Shown one piece after another: positions 47,644 to 57,197 of a DNA stretch of 64,000 nucleotides. The stretch lies in contig RXKC01000003.1 in NCBI GenBank assembly GCA_003962975.1, positions 156,381 through 220,380 on the forward strand. Reading direction: 5' to 3'. This DNA comes from Candidatus Saccharimonadota bacterium. GTDB lineage: Bacteria; Patescibacteriota; Saccharimonadia; Saccharimonadales; AWTP1-31. Below the pieces are notes generated by a model that was not told the DNA's origin, did no database searches, and saw only the letters and a list, made by a program, of their open reading frames with translations. The translations under genes were made by a program, and so were the position numbers. How positions within the stretch are numbered: the stretch's first letter is position 1; every line of letters starts with the position of its first letter.

Positions 47644-48962
47644 GGGTGCGTAACCTGCCGACCCATTGATTCATAGTAAAATCCCCGCGTTGCCATGGCT
47701 TTCGGATCATACAAATTGCGACCGTCAAAAATAACTGGCTCTTTTAGAAGTTGCTTGACCTTCACCCAATCGGGTGAAGAAAATTCTTTCCAGTTTGTTG
47801 CCACAATAAGCGCATCAGCATCTTTTAGTACGGCGTACTCATCATCGGCGAACGTGAGTCTTTCGTTATCTTCGTAGAGGCGTTTTACGTTGTCCATTGC
47901 TTGCGGGTCAAATGCGACCACATTCGCACCGAGCGCCGTAAGCTCATCAACAACAACTAGTGCTGGTGACTCACGAATGTCATCGGTATCATCTTTGAAA
48001 GCCAGACCAAATAATGCAAAAGTCTTGCCCTTGATATCTCCCTTGTAATATTCCTGTACCTTTTTGGGGAGACGCTTTTTTTGATCTTCGTTTGTTTTTA
48101 CAGTTGCAGTAACAATATCTAGGTCTACACCTACGTCCTGTGCCATCTTAACGAGCGCCAGAGTATCCTTCGGGAAGCAGCTGCCACCGTACCCGGGGCC
48201 TGCAAATAAGAAATGCTGACCAATGCGCTCGTCTGTGCCCATGCCACGACGCACTGCATCTATATCTGCACCCGTTGCTTCACAAAAAGCAGTCAGCGCG
48301 TTCATAAAGCTGATCTTGGTGGCAAGAAATCCATTTGCCGCATACTTAATTGTCTCAGAAGATGCAGGGTCAGTAACGATTAAACGGTCTGGCTGTTCTC
48401 GTACTAATGGCAGATACACCTGTCGCATTACTTCAGCAGCTTTTTCAGAGGAAGCTCCTACCACAATGCGATCTGGGCTTAGGAAGTCATTAACGGCCTG
48501 ACCTTCGCGCAGAAACTCGGGGTTCGAGACAACATCTACCTCGTGTTTTGCATTCTTACGAACAAGCTTTTGAACCTTACCTACCGTACCAACAGGAACG
48601 GTGCTTTTATTGACGATTACGGTGTAGTCTTTGGACAGTATTGGCCCGAGCTCTTCGGCAACACCCAATACATATGACAGGTCTGCTGAACCATCGTCAC
48701 CTGGAGGCGTTGGCAATGCAAGAAAGATCACATCCGCGTCAGAAACCTGAGATATTTCTGCCGCAAAGCTCAGGCGCCCCTCTTTTACGTTTCGTGTAAC
48801 AAGATCTTCTAGACCTGGTTCGTAGATTGGAATTTTACCCGCTTCTAGCTGCGCCACCTTTTCTGTATTGTTATCAATACAAAGTACATTGTTACCTAGT
48901 TCTGCCAAACACGTTCCGCTTACCAGGCCAACATACCCAGTGCCTATAACTGCAATTTTCAT
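47640..48962 (-). CDS. ugd: UDP-glucose 6-dehydrogenase
   Basis: 440 aa. MKIAVIGTGYVGLVSG...GGSCFPKD catalytic Cys motif. Confidence 0.93.
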   Translation of the reverse strand: MKIAVIGTGYVGLVSGTCLAELGNNVLCIDNNTEKVAQLEAGKIPIYEPGLEDLVTRNVKEGRLSFAAEISQVSDADVIFLALPTPPGDDGSADLSYVLGVAEELGPILSKDYTVIVNKSTVPVGTVGKVQKLVRKNAKHEVDVVSNPEFLREGQAVNDFLSPDRIVVGASSEKAAEVMRQVYLPLVREQPDRLIVTDPASSETIKYAANGFLATKISFMNALTAFCEATGADIDAVRRGMGTDERIGQHFLFAGPGYGGSCFPKDTLALVKMAQDVGVDLDIVTATVKTNEDQKKRLPKKVQEYYKGDIKGKTFALFGLAFKDDTDDIRESPALVVVDELTALGANVVAFDPQAMDNVKRLYEDNERLTFADDEYAVLKDADALIVATNWKEFSSPDWVKVKQLLKEPVIFDGRNLYDPKAMATRGFYYESMGRQVTHP

Positions 48963-49033
48963 ACCTAAAATTATAGCCTATTCCGTGATGCTTGGCAGGT
49001 TGTTTTCACGTAACCCTTATGCTATGATTACCG

Positions 49034-49600
49034 GTGTATAGATCAAAACAAAAAGACCGAATGAAGATACGAAACAAGAAAACAACCTCACGAAAAAAGC
49101 TAGCAATAGCTGGCGCCCTGGTCATTTTGGTAGCTGGTGGTTCTGTAGCAGTATGGGAACTAAGCAACCGAGATTCAGACCCAGCATCGACTGAGCGTAA
49201 GCCTACTATTAACTATGGGCCAGCTACCGATACCGAGAAAAAAGAAGCTGATGCCAACAAAGACCGGATCGTCAAGGAACAAGAACAGAATAACCCAAGT
49301 CCTGAAACTCCCTCAGGTAAGAAAGCCGTAACCCCAACAATAACAAGTACCACAGGCAGTATTAAGGCGTATGTAAGTGGTATTTTTGAAGAAGGAGGCA
49401 CATGCACTGCAACCTTTAGTAAGGGTGACAGTAAACTTTCTCGCACTTCCGTTGGCTTTCAGAATGTATCCTATACTCAATGCGCACCCATCGACATATC
49501 AGACGGATTCTTAAGCCCAGGAACATGGTCGCTCGTGGTTTCTTATAGTTCCGCTACTGCAGAAGGAAGTTCAGGCGCCCAGTCTGTGGAGGTTAACTAG
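49034..49600 (+). CDS. membrane-anchored/secreted protein, unknown function
   Basis: 188 aa, basic N-terminus plus a TM segment (LAIAGALVILVAGG). Start ambiguous (GTG 49034 or ATG 49061). Confidence 0.6.
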   Translation: MYRSKQKDRMKIRNKKTTSRKKLAIAGALVILVAGGSVAVWELSNRDSDPASTERKPTINYGPATDTEKKEADANKDRIVKEQEQNNPSPETPSGKKAVTPTITSTTGSIKAYVSGIFEEGGTCTATFSKGDSKLSRTSVGFQNVSYTQCAPIDISDGFLSPGTWSLVVSYSSATAEGSSGAQSVEVN

Positions 49601-49601
49601 C

Positions 49602-51716
49602 ATGCTCTTGCCTCGTCACATAGCAAGAACTGCTCTCTTGTTAATCATTGGATCGCTGTTTTTCAGTTCAATTAGCATGCTCTTGCCCCAGCAAGCTAGT
49701 GCCTTGTCGGGTAGTGAGTTTAGAGCTGGAAGAATTATTGATGACCCTGTTTTCTTTGATGGAAACGCGATGAATGTCACTGAAGTACAGATGTTTCTCA
49801 ACGCAAAAGTCCCTGAATGTGATACCAATGGTACGCAATTCACAACTCGCTGGAATGGTGGCGCTGGACGTTACTACACTCGTGCCGAATGGGGTGCGCT
49901 GAATGGTAACCCTGCCCCCTACACCTGTTTAAAGGACTATAGTGAAAATACCCCAACACGTGCTGCCGATGCATATTGCAGCGGTACTTTCTTTGGTGGT
50001 GTTAAATCAGCTGCCCGAATTATCGATGATGTTTCTAGAGCATGTTCTGTAAGTCAAAAAGCTCTTATTGTATTGCTACAAAAAGAACAAAGCCTCATTA
50101 CAGATGACTGGCCATGGGCAATTCAATACCGCAGCGCAACTGGCTATGGCTGCCCAGATACCGCTGCATGTGACGAAGCCTACTACGGTTTCTTCAACCA
50201 AGTTTACAATGCAGCTAGACAGTTCCAGCGATATATTCATCAAGCAAACTTATTTAACTTCCGAAGTGGCCAGACAGCTTATGTACAGTTTAATCCCAAC
50301 GCAGGCTGCGGCGGGTCGAATGTATTTATAGAAAATCCTGCAACAGCCGCGTTATACAATTACACTCCATATCAACCAAATGCGCCTGCCCTCGATAATC
50401 TATACGGCACAGGCGACGGCTGTAGTGCCTATGGCAACAGAAACTTCTGGAGAATGTTTAATGACTGGTTTGGCACTACGCAAGCACCCAACTGGTCATG
50501 GCAATGGAACTCCCAGTATGCCTTCACTAACCAAAATAAGACGACACCAAAAGACCTAAATAACCTTCGGCCTGGTGAACAAGTGTACGTAGGTTTTACA
50601 GCCCGTAATACTGGAAATATGACGTGGAGCAATTCAAGCAATCCAATACGCGTTGGAACACTCGCCCCTATGGAACGCGCTAGCTGGTTTGCTCAAGGCA
50701 GCAACTGGCTCAGTCCAAGTCGCCCTGCAACTTTACGGGAAGCAAGTGTGGCACCTGGCGCAGTTGGCACTTTTGAGTTTTGGCTTACTGCACCAAATAT
50801 ATCAGGAACATATAATGAGCGTTTTGGTTTACTATCCGAAGGCCGGACCTGGCTGAATGACATAGGCTTGAGTTATGGCATCCGTGTTGTACCTGACACC
50901 TTTAGCTGGCAATGGAATTCTCAGTATGCATACACTGATCAGAACAAGACTACTGCGAAAAACCTACAAACTATGCGTGTGGGCGAAAAAGCATATGTCG
51001 GTTTTACGGCCCGTAATACCGGGAACATGACCTGGACCAACAATGGTGCAAACCCTATGCGAGTTGGTACAGTCAACCCGCTAGAGAGAACCAGTTCATT
51101 CGCGAGCGGCAGCAGCTGGCTAGGTAATAGTCGCCCTGCAGCCATGAAAGAGACCAGTGTGGCACCTGGCGCAGTTGGCACTTTTGAGTTTTGGATCACG
51201 GCAAATAATACTGGGTCATTTAATGAACGCTTTGGTCTAGTGGCCGAAGGCCGAACCTGGCTGAATGATGTTGGTCTGAGCTATGGCATTGTTGTGTCGC
51301 CAGATACCTACAGCTGGCAATGGCAATCCCAGTACGCCTACACCAATCAAAATAAGACAACTCCCCGCAATCTGAACAACCTAAGCCCCGGCGAACAAGT
51401 GTACGTAGGTTTTACCGCCCGTAATACCGGTAATGTCACCTGGACAAATAACGGCGCAAACCCCTTGCGAGTTGGTACGGCCGACCCCCGTGAACGCAAC
51501 AGCGTATTTGGGCTGGGTAGCAACTGGATTGGTGTCACTCGCCCTGCAGCCATGAAAGAGACCAGTGTGGCACCTGGCGCAGTTGGCACTTTTGAGTTTT
51601 GGCTTACTGCACCAAACACGCCCGGGACCTACAACGAACGATTCAGCTTACTTGCCGAGGGACGAACTTGGCTCAACGATCTTGGTTTGAGCTACGGCAT
51701 CCGTGTTGGTAACTAG
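49602..51716 (+). CDS. secreted protein: Cys-containing N-terminal domain + three tandem 136-aa Ig-like (NBR1-like) repeats
   Basis: 704 aa with a signal/anchor. The unit WQWNSQYA.T.QNKTT...GFTARNTGN.TW...SVAPGAVGTFEFW..A....G.(Y/F)NERF.L..EGRTWLND.GLSYGI occurs three times. Confidence 0.8.
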   Translation: MLLPRHIARTALLLIIGSLFFSSISMLLPQQASALSGSEFRAGRIIDDPVFFDGNAMNVTEVQMFLNAKVPECDTNGTQFTTRWNGGAGRYYTRAEWGALNGNPAPYTCLKDYSENTPTRAADAYCSGTFFGGVKSAARIIDDVSRACSVSQKALIVLLQKEQSLITDDWPWAIQYRSATGYGCPDTAACDEAYYGFFNQVYNAARQFQRYIHQANLFNFRSGQTAYVQFNPNAGCGGSNVFIENPATAALYNYTPYQPNAPALDNLYGTGDGCSAYGNRNFWRMFNDWFGTTQAPNWSWQWNSQYAFTNQNKTTPKDLNNLRPGEQVYVGFTARNTGNMTWSNSSNPIRVGTLAPMERASWFAQGSNWLSPSRPATLREASVAPGAVGTFEFWLTAPNISGTYNERFGLLSEGRTWLNDIGLSYGIRVVPDTFSWQWNSQYAYTDQNKTTAKNLQTMRVGEKAYVGFTARNTGNMTWTNNGANPMRVGTVNPLERTSSFASGSSWLGNSRPAAMKETSVAPGAVGTFEFWITANNTGSFNERFGLVAEGRTWLNDVGLSYGIVVSPDTYSWQWQSQYAYTNQNKTTPRNLNNLSPGEQVYVGFTARNTGNVTWTNNGANPLRVGTADPRERNSVFGLGSNWIGVTRPAAMKETSVAPGAVGTFEFWLTAPNTPGTYNERFSLLAEGRTWLNDLGLSYGIRVGN
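50499..51713 (+). repeat. 3 x 408 bp in-frame tandem repeat inside the 704-aa gene
   Basis: Copies start at 50499, 50907 and 51315 (TGGCAATGG...). The stretch agtgtggcacctggcgcagttggcacttttgagttttgg is identical in all three copies, while the flanking sequence is diverged. Confidence 0.9.
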
Positions 51717-51757
51717 CCACTCTGGAACAAGGACTACTCAGAGGCTATACTTGAGTA

Positions 51758-53818
51758 ATGCTTGATGCACTTCGTAGCTTCTTCGCTCGTCTAACGCGAA
51801 TACCACATGTCGGATGGATTGTAACAACGGTGATTTTTACAGTTGCAACCGCAGTGTACATGGGCCCGTCATTTACAAATCCCGGATCAGTAGTGCTCGG
51901 TAATCCTGGAGATCACACTGCTGGCATCATGTACTCTAACTGGACACATCCTGATTCCCCTAAGCCGAGCGCAAGCCCTTTCACAAACTACCCACTTGGT
52001 GAAGTTATCTGGCAGCCAGTTTCTGTTTCGTCGATCTTAACAAGCAGTGCTCACTGGCTACTCAGCTATTTGAGCAATGAGGTACTTGCCTGGAATTTGC
52101 TGGTATTTGCTGGCTACATGAGCTGTGGCTTGAGTATGTTTGGGTTGGTGCGCTGGCTTACCAAAAATACTCTAACAGCTCTTTTCGTGGGCTATGCAGT
52201 TACCTTTACCCCGTTCCATGTGTTTTCAAGCTGGGGCCATATTGCTGGGCTCCTTAGTGGCGTATTCATTCTTGCTATCTGGCAGCTGCTTGCGTTGATC
52301 GAGAAACCCTCCCGCCTACGCACCTTAGGTCTAGGAGTCACAATTGGGCTGAGCTTTTATATGGATGGCTATTTCATCTTGTTCGGGGGTTTGCTGCTTG
52401 GGCTACTCTGGATTATTACCACAATACATGGCCTTTGGCTCGCAAAAATACAGAGAATAGAAAAAATACAGCTTTTTACTAACGTTGGTCTCGCGACTAT
52501 CGTGAGTTTACTATTCCTTATTCCACTCGCATGGATACAGCTCACCCAATCCGCACAAATTAACGCAGTGTTCTCGAATGCTCGCGGAAGCATCGTGCAA
52601 GATGCCCAGATATATTCTGCGACACTATTGATGTATCTGAACCCCAAGGATTTATTGTTTGTGGGATACACAGTATTACTGCTGGCGATGATTGGTGTTT
52701 GGCAGTGGCGACGCGCATTTGTGTCGAAGCAGCGGCACCAGGAGGCAAAGTCTCGACAGTTTATAGCCGTCTGGAGCATGGCACTACTGGCCATAGTATC
52801 GATATGGACGAGCTTGCGACCCGTAAGCACAGTTGCTGGCTTCGATATATATAATCCGTCTAAGCTCATAATTGCCCTCACCCCAACCTGGCGAGTATTC
52901 GGCAGACTCTATATGCTGGCTATCGTTGCCCTGGGTATTCTTGCTGCCATTGGGCTCGACAAGCTACTAAAACATACTGGCAAAAAACGATACATTATTT
53001 ACGGACTGTTTAGCGTACTGCTTGTGGCGGAACTGGCGTTCTTTCAGGTTACTGCACAACAAAAAACATACAACTACCGTGCTGATACTCCCCACATCTA
53101 CCGCTGGCTTAAAGAGAATAATGATGTTCGCGCTATAGCAGAATACCCACTAGACGAGCTGCCGCAGGGCTCGTATCTCTCTGACTACTATACCTACCAG
53201 CAGATCAGCCACAAACCGATACTAAACTCTTTATTACCGAATAGTCCGCAAGCCGGCCTCAGACGTAGTATCGCAGGCATCAACGACCCTCAAACAATGC
53301 CTGTATTACGCGCACTTGGCATTGACCTGGTAAACCTACGTCCACCCAATCGTGAGACTGCTCGTCCAGATATTGCCCAAGCCGCACGCCAGAACCAAAA
53401 CCTACAGTTCCTTTTTAATCATAATTACCCCAAGAATTCTGTTAGCTCCTTTATGGTTAAGCCGGGAACTAAAGCCAACTATGCACTTACTCTGCCTCAA
53501 CTCCAGTATTTTCAGATAGAACTGCTTGCCGACGGAACCGCACGCTACAACGTCGATGATGACGTACGTATGGATATCATAGAATTGCCGAAGGCTGCAA
53601 CACGTAAGTTTGTCACGGTCAGCTTCACAGCATCAAGCAATGAAGATCGGGCCGCAAGCATTGTCCAAAACGGAAGAACCATCTGGCAAGGCAGTCTTAC
53701 AACCAAACCTCAGAACATTCAGTTTGAAGCATCTAGTAAATATCCATTTGTCATACACACGGAACGCAAGACTCAACCCACCAATACCACAATCACCCAG
53801 CTACGAATTATCGAATAA
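51758..53818 (+). CDS. large polytopic membrane protein with extracytoplasmic C-terminal domain (GT-C / YfhO-like glycosyltransferase candidate), paralog A
   Basis: 686 aa with more than 10 TM segments. Shares YMGPS...D.TAG...TNYP.GE...AEYPL...DPQT..VL...G.D motifs with the convergent 728-aa paralog. Confidence 0.6.
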   Translation: MLDALRSFFARLTRIPHVGWIVTTVIFTVATAVYMGPSFTNPGSVVLGNPGDHTAGIMYSNWTHPDSPKPSASPFTNYPLGEVIWQPVSVSSILTSSAHWLLSYLSNEVLAWNLLVFAGYMSCGLSMFGLVRWLTKNTLTALFVGYAVTFTPFHVFSSWGHIAGLLSGVFILAIWQLLALIEKPSRLRTLGLGVTIGLSFYMDGYFILFGGLLLGLLWIITTIHGLWLAKIQRIEKIQLFTNVGLATIVSLLFLIPLAWIQLTQSAQINAVFSNARGSIVQDAQIYSATLLMYLNPKDLLFVGYTVLLLAMIGVWQWRRAFVSKQRHQEAKSRQFIAVWSMALLAIVSIWTSLRPVSTVAGFDIYNPSKLIIALTPTWRVFGRLYMLAIVALGILAAIGLDKLLKHTGKKRYIIYGLFSVLLVAELAFFQVTAQQKTYNYRADTPHIYRWLKENNDVRAIAEYPLDELPQGSYLSDYYTYQQISHKPILNSLLPNSPQAGLRRSIAGINDPQTMPVLRALGIDLVNLRPPNRETARPDIAQAARQNQNLQFLFNHNYPKNSVSSFMVKPGTKANYALTLPQLQYFQIELLADGTARYNVDDDVRMDIIELPKAATRKFVTVSFTASSNEDRAASIVQNGRTIWQGSLTTKPQNIQFEASSKYPFVIHTERKTQPTNTTITQLRIIE

Positions 53819-53819
53819 T

Positions 53820-56006
53820 CTAGTTACAACCTAGGTTGCGCACCTGCATGTTATAGCCCTTATCATTCGTGAGGACTATCGTATCACTCGCGGTAATGCG
53901 GAATGACTCGTACTTGGCCGTAAGCTTTCTTTTCTCTACCGCTTTGCCATCTGCAAGGATCGTAACAGTAGCAGTGTCTTTTGAACCAGCGATTTTCATA
54001 TCAAAGCAGCGTGTTTGCGATATGGTTTCTATTTTCTTGCCAGGCACTGCCTCAACCTTCAAGATACTCTTGTTGAGAGCTTCGTAATTCCAGTCGGCTG
54101 CCGACTTGATAATTGTTGCATTACGCGCAAAACCATCCTCGAATGCAAGGAACTGTGTAGTATTCGACGGTTTTACACGAGCAATTACAACCTGGTCATA
54201 CGTAACCAAGGGAGTAAAGGCAAGGATATTAAACTTTTCTTGCTGAGAGGTCTTAATAACCTCTAAGCCAGGTATTGCACGCACCGCTGCCTCGCTAACT
54301 CCATGAATCACTACTGCGTCAACCCCGACGGAACCAAGCACCTGTATGGTCTGCGGGTCAGACACATCTTTGAGAGACATTTTTAGATCTTCGGAAGCAG
54401 TCGTCGGCACATTACCATTAAACAGTTTTTTCTTGTGCACTGCCTGCATAGAAAGATAGTACGCCATAGCATTTGACTCACCACCTGACCGCTCGAGAGG
54501 ATACTCTGCAACTACGCCAATGTCGTCCTGTTGTTGTAGCCATGTGTAGATCGTTGGAGTGTCACGCTTGTAACTAAATGTCGAGAGCTCGTTACCGGTA
54601 AATGGCTTGAACGCCATATACTCGACAAATATACCTAGGAAAAGGCCAACGAATAAGACGAGCAACGTCTTTCGATATTTCCTGAAACCATCCCATGCAA
54701 ACAGTAGTACCAGCGAGAATAAAGTCACAAACGCAAAGTTCACCGTTACAAACATACGAGTGAGCGTCCTCCATGTTGTAGTGATATCAAGCAGTAAGTA
54801 CGACGGCGTCGGAATAATACCTAGCAACTTACCTGGAGGTAATGCGAGCGCTACCCCAAAGATCAGTACCGCCAGCATACCGAACACAATGAGTTGCTGG
54901 TCATATCCAAGCTTCATGGCAACTCGACGTCTATTAATAAGTTCCCAGGCCCATATCGATAGTCCAAGCGTCGTCACGGCGACGATCACAATACTTATAC
55001 CAACTGTGTCTTCTCCAATTCCACAAGAGAAACCATTGTGCAGCTGGTCAATGGTCGTCTTGTAATAAGACGTACCGAAAATCCGGCTAAAAACTGGGTG
55101 CAGAACAAATGGAGTTAAATATTCGTGTGGCAGGTTACTACATGCCCTTGCCTCAAAGAGTACATTGCCTCTATAGGCAGCTACCGAAGATGATATAGTA
55201 CTGCCGTATTTTGCGGCGACAAAGAACAGTGGCACCATAAAGGCTACAAACATAGCAAAAGAAATCAGCACCGCGCGCAGTTGTGCCTTGAATATTTCCT
55301 TCGAAACCTTACGCTTACGGAGCCAAGCAAGACCAAGCCAGACTAGAGCAATCGGGGCAATGACCGCGGTGGCCAATAATGAAAAATAAGGATCAAAGTA
55401 AAAGCAGCTCGCGCATAACAGAGCAAACACTGCTCCATCTCTTTTGCGTCGTTTCTTGAGTAGATTATAGAATGCCCAAGCAGCCCCTATAAGTAACGCC
55501 TGATAGCCGTAGCCAGGATGACCACCAACCTTCATTTGATAATAAGGGCTAAATGAGACCGCAAAGCCTGCCAACCATGCAATAGACTTCTTGCGTGTAA
55601 GTACATAAATGAAGCCGAACATCACACCCGCACTAGCAATAAAACCAACCATGTTGAATACGTTGTAACCACAAACTGGACCAAGCGCTTTTGAGGCTGC
55701 CCAAATCACATAGGACTGGCCCGACAAACTATAGTTGGCTGGGTTGAACATATTTTCACCTACCGGGTAGTTAGTGACATTCTGATAATTCCCGAGTGGT
55801 GACTGCGATGGCTCTAAGCCAAATCGCCAAACTGGGCCAGCCGTATTATCACCAAAGCCATACAATGTGTCTCCACAATTCCATGTACTCGGACCCATAT
55901 ACAGAACCGTGAAGAATAGGTAGGAAAGTGCAACTAACACAAGCGATGCGCGTCGTCCTGAAAGCTTGCCACGAAAAGACCTTATGAATGTACGCAGTTG
56001 CTCCAT
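53820..56006 (-). CDS. large polytopic membrane protein (GT-C / YfhO-like candidate), paralog B
   Basis: 728 aa with the same motif set as paralog A. Its stop codon is 1 nt from the stop of paralog A. Confidence 0.6.
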   Translation of the reverse strand: MEQLRTFIRSFRGKLSGRRASLVLVALSYLFFTVLYMGPSTWNCGDTLYGFGDNTAGPVWRFGLEPSQSPLGNYQNVTNYPVGENMFNPANYSLSGQSYVIWAASKALGPVCGYNVFNMVGFIASAGVMFGFIYVLTRKKSIAWLAGFAVSFSPYYQMKVGGHPGYGYQALLIGAAWAFYNLLKKRRKRDGAVFALLCASCFYFDPYFSLLATAVIAPIALVWLGLAWLRKRKVSKEIFKAQLRAVLISFAMFVAFMVPLFFVAAKYGSTISSSVAAYRGNVLFEARACSNLPHEYLTPFVLHPVFSRIFGTSYYKTTIDQLHNGFSCGIGEDTVGISIVIVAVTTLGLSIWAWELINRRRVAMKLGYDQQLIVFGMLAVLIFGVALALPPGKLLGIIPTPSYLLLDITTTWRTLTRMFVTVNFAFVTLFSLVLLFAWDGFRKYRKTLLVLFVGLFLGIFVEYMAFKPFTGNELSTFSYKRDTPTIYTWLQQQDDIGVVAEYPLERSGGESNAMAYYLSMQAVHKKKLFNGNVPTTASEDLKMSLKDVSDPQTIQVLGSVGVDAVVIHGVSEAAVRAIPGLEVIKTSQQEKFNILAFTPLVTYDQVVIARVKPSNTTQFLAFEDGFARNATIIKSAADWNYEALNKSILKVEAVPGKKIETISQTRCFDMKIAGSKDTATVTILADGKAVEKRKLTAKYESFRITASDTIVLTNDKGYNMQVRNLGCN

Positions 56007-57083
56007 CTATGCACTCCTTCTATTGGTGATGTATATATTTATGAATGCCCGCCAAATTCCTGCGCCATAATAAACAGCAAATATTGGGCTCAGTATAAAC
56101 GCACTAAAAGCGTCTTTGCATGGAACACCGAGCAGTATCATAACGACCAGTTCTAATAGCCAGATAGCACCGCCCGCAATAAGAGCAGGGAGTATAAACT
56201 GCGTCTGTATAAGTAGAAAAATCGGTACCAAAACTGAAGCCGCCAAGAAGACAATGAGCGGAATAAAGAACCGGTTACCGTCATTGCGCAAAAACCCGTC
56301 TACAAACACCTTGCCCCTATGATGGACGTGTTTAGTGTATTGTTGCATGGTTGCCCTTGCATGATAGAGACACCAATAGTCTGGGCTAATATTGATCGAG
56401 TTATCTCGGGCAATGTAGCGCAATAACAAGGTGTCATCATTGGAGGTCTTGAGATCTTTTGTATTACTCACAAACCACTTATTTGCATCTGCTAGCACAT
56501 CCTTGGCTATCAAGAAGCACGTAGTTCCCTTGGGATAATCGTCAAAGACAGCGAGACCATACGACGTATCTTTTGGCTGTTTGAAATACTTGCGCCAGGC
56601 CACAAATGCAACTGTTTCCCAAAAACGTGCGTAGATATTCCCCTCTTTATCGACGCGCACATGACTACACCAGACCTGTCTACTAGGGTCTTTGCCATGC
56701 TGCTCGACAACATACTTCAGCGAAGACTTACCGATGAATACGCGCGTGTCGACAAACAGTAGATAGGGGTATCGAGCTTCGTCTGTACCAGTTCGCCGCG
56801 CAACAAAACGACCACCGTTCTTTTGCGTCACCAGACGCATAGGGAATTTAGATACTTTGATGAGTCCTTTTACTACTTGTTCAGTGTCGTCTGTCGAGCC
56901 ATCGTTTACCACCACAATCTCACACTTGGTGATATCAGCTTCTTTGAGTGCAGTAACGATATGTTGAACCGTTTCTGGTAACCATGTGGCACCGTTATAA
57001 GTTGGGACGATAACACTTAGTCCGTCCTTCGGAATGGTTGATGACGGCTGTTTTGATGCAGTGTTTTTAATAGTCTTCCTCAA
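56007..57083 (-). CDS. glycosyltransferase family 2 with C-terminal TM segments
   Basis: 358 aa. LSVIVPTYNGATWL...VVNDGSTDDT. TTG start with GGGGA upstream. Confidence 0.8.
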   Translation of the reverse strand: MRKTIKNTASKQPSSTIPKDGLSVIVPTYNGATWLPETVQHIVTALKEADITKCEIVVVNDGSTDDTEQVVKGLIKVSKFPMRLVTQKNGGRFVARRTGTDEARYPYLLFVDTRVFIGKSSLKYVVEQHGKDPSRQVWCSHVRVDKEGNIYARFWETVAFVAWRKYFKQPKDTSYGLAVFDDYPKGTTCFLIAKDVLADANKWFVSNTKDLKTSNDDTLLLRYIARDNSINISPDYWCLYHARATMQQYTKHVHHRGKVFVDGFLRNDGNRFFIPLIVFLAASVLVPIFLLIQTQFILPALIAGGAIWLLELVVMILLGVPCKDAFSAFILSPIFAVYYGAGIWRAFINIYITNRRSA

Positions 57084-57197
57084 TGTTTCCCCGTGGCCGT
57101 ACTAATCTATTGCATAAGCTATAATGGTTACGACACTATATACATGTAGTATATCAGCTCGGCATTCGATAGAATACCAGCTGCCAGGTCAGAAATC

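Noticed and set aside
50499-51713. Regularly spaced repeats as a possible CRISPR array or other non-coding repeat array.
   Set aside because: The period is 408 bp with no spacer/repeat architecture. The units are in frame inside a continuous 704-aa ORF and encode a repeated protein domain.
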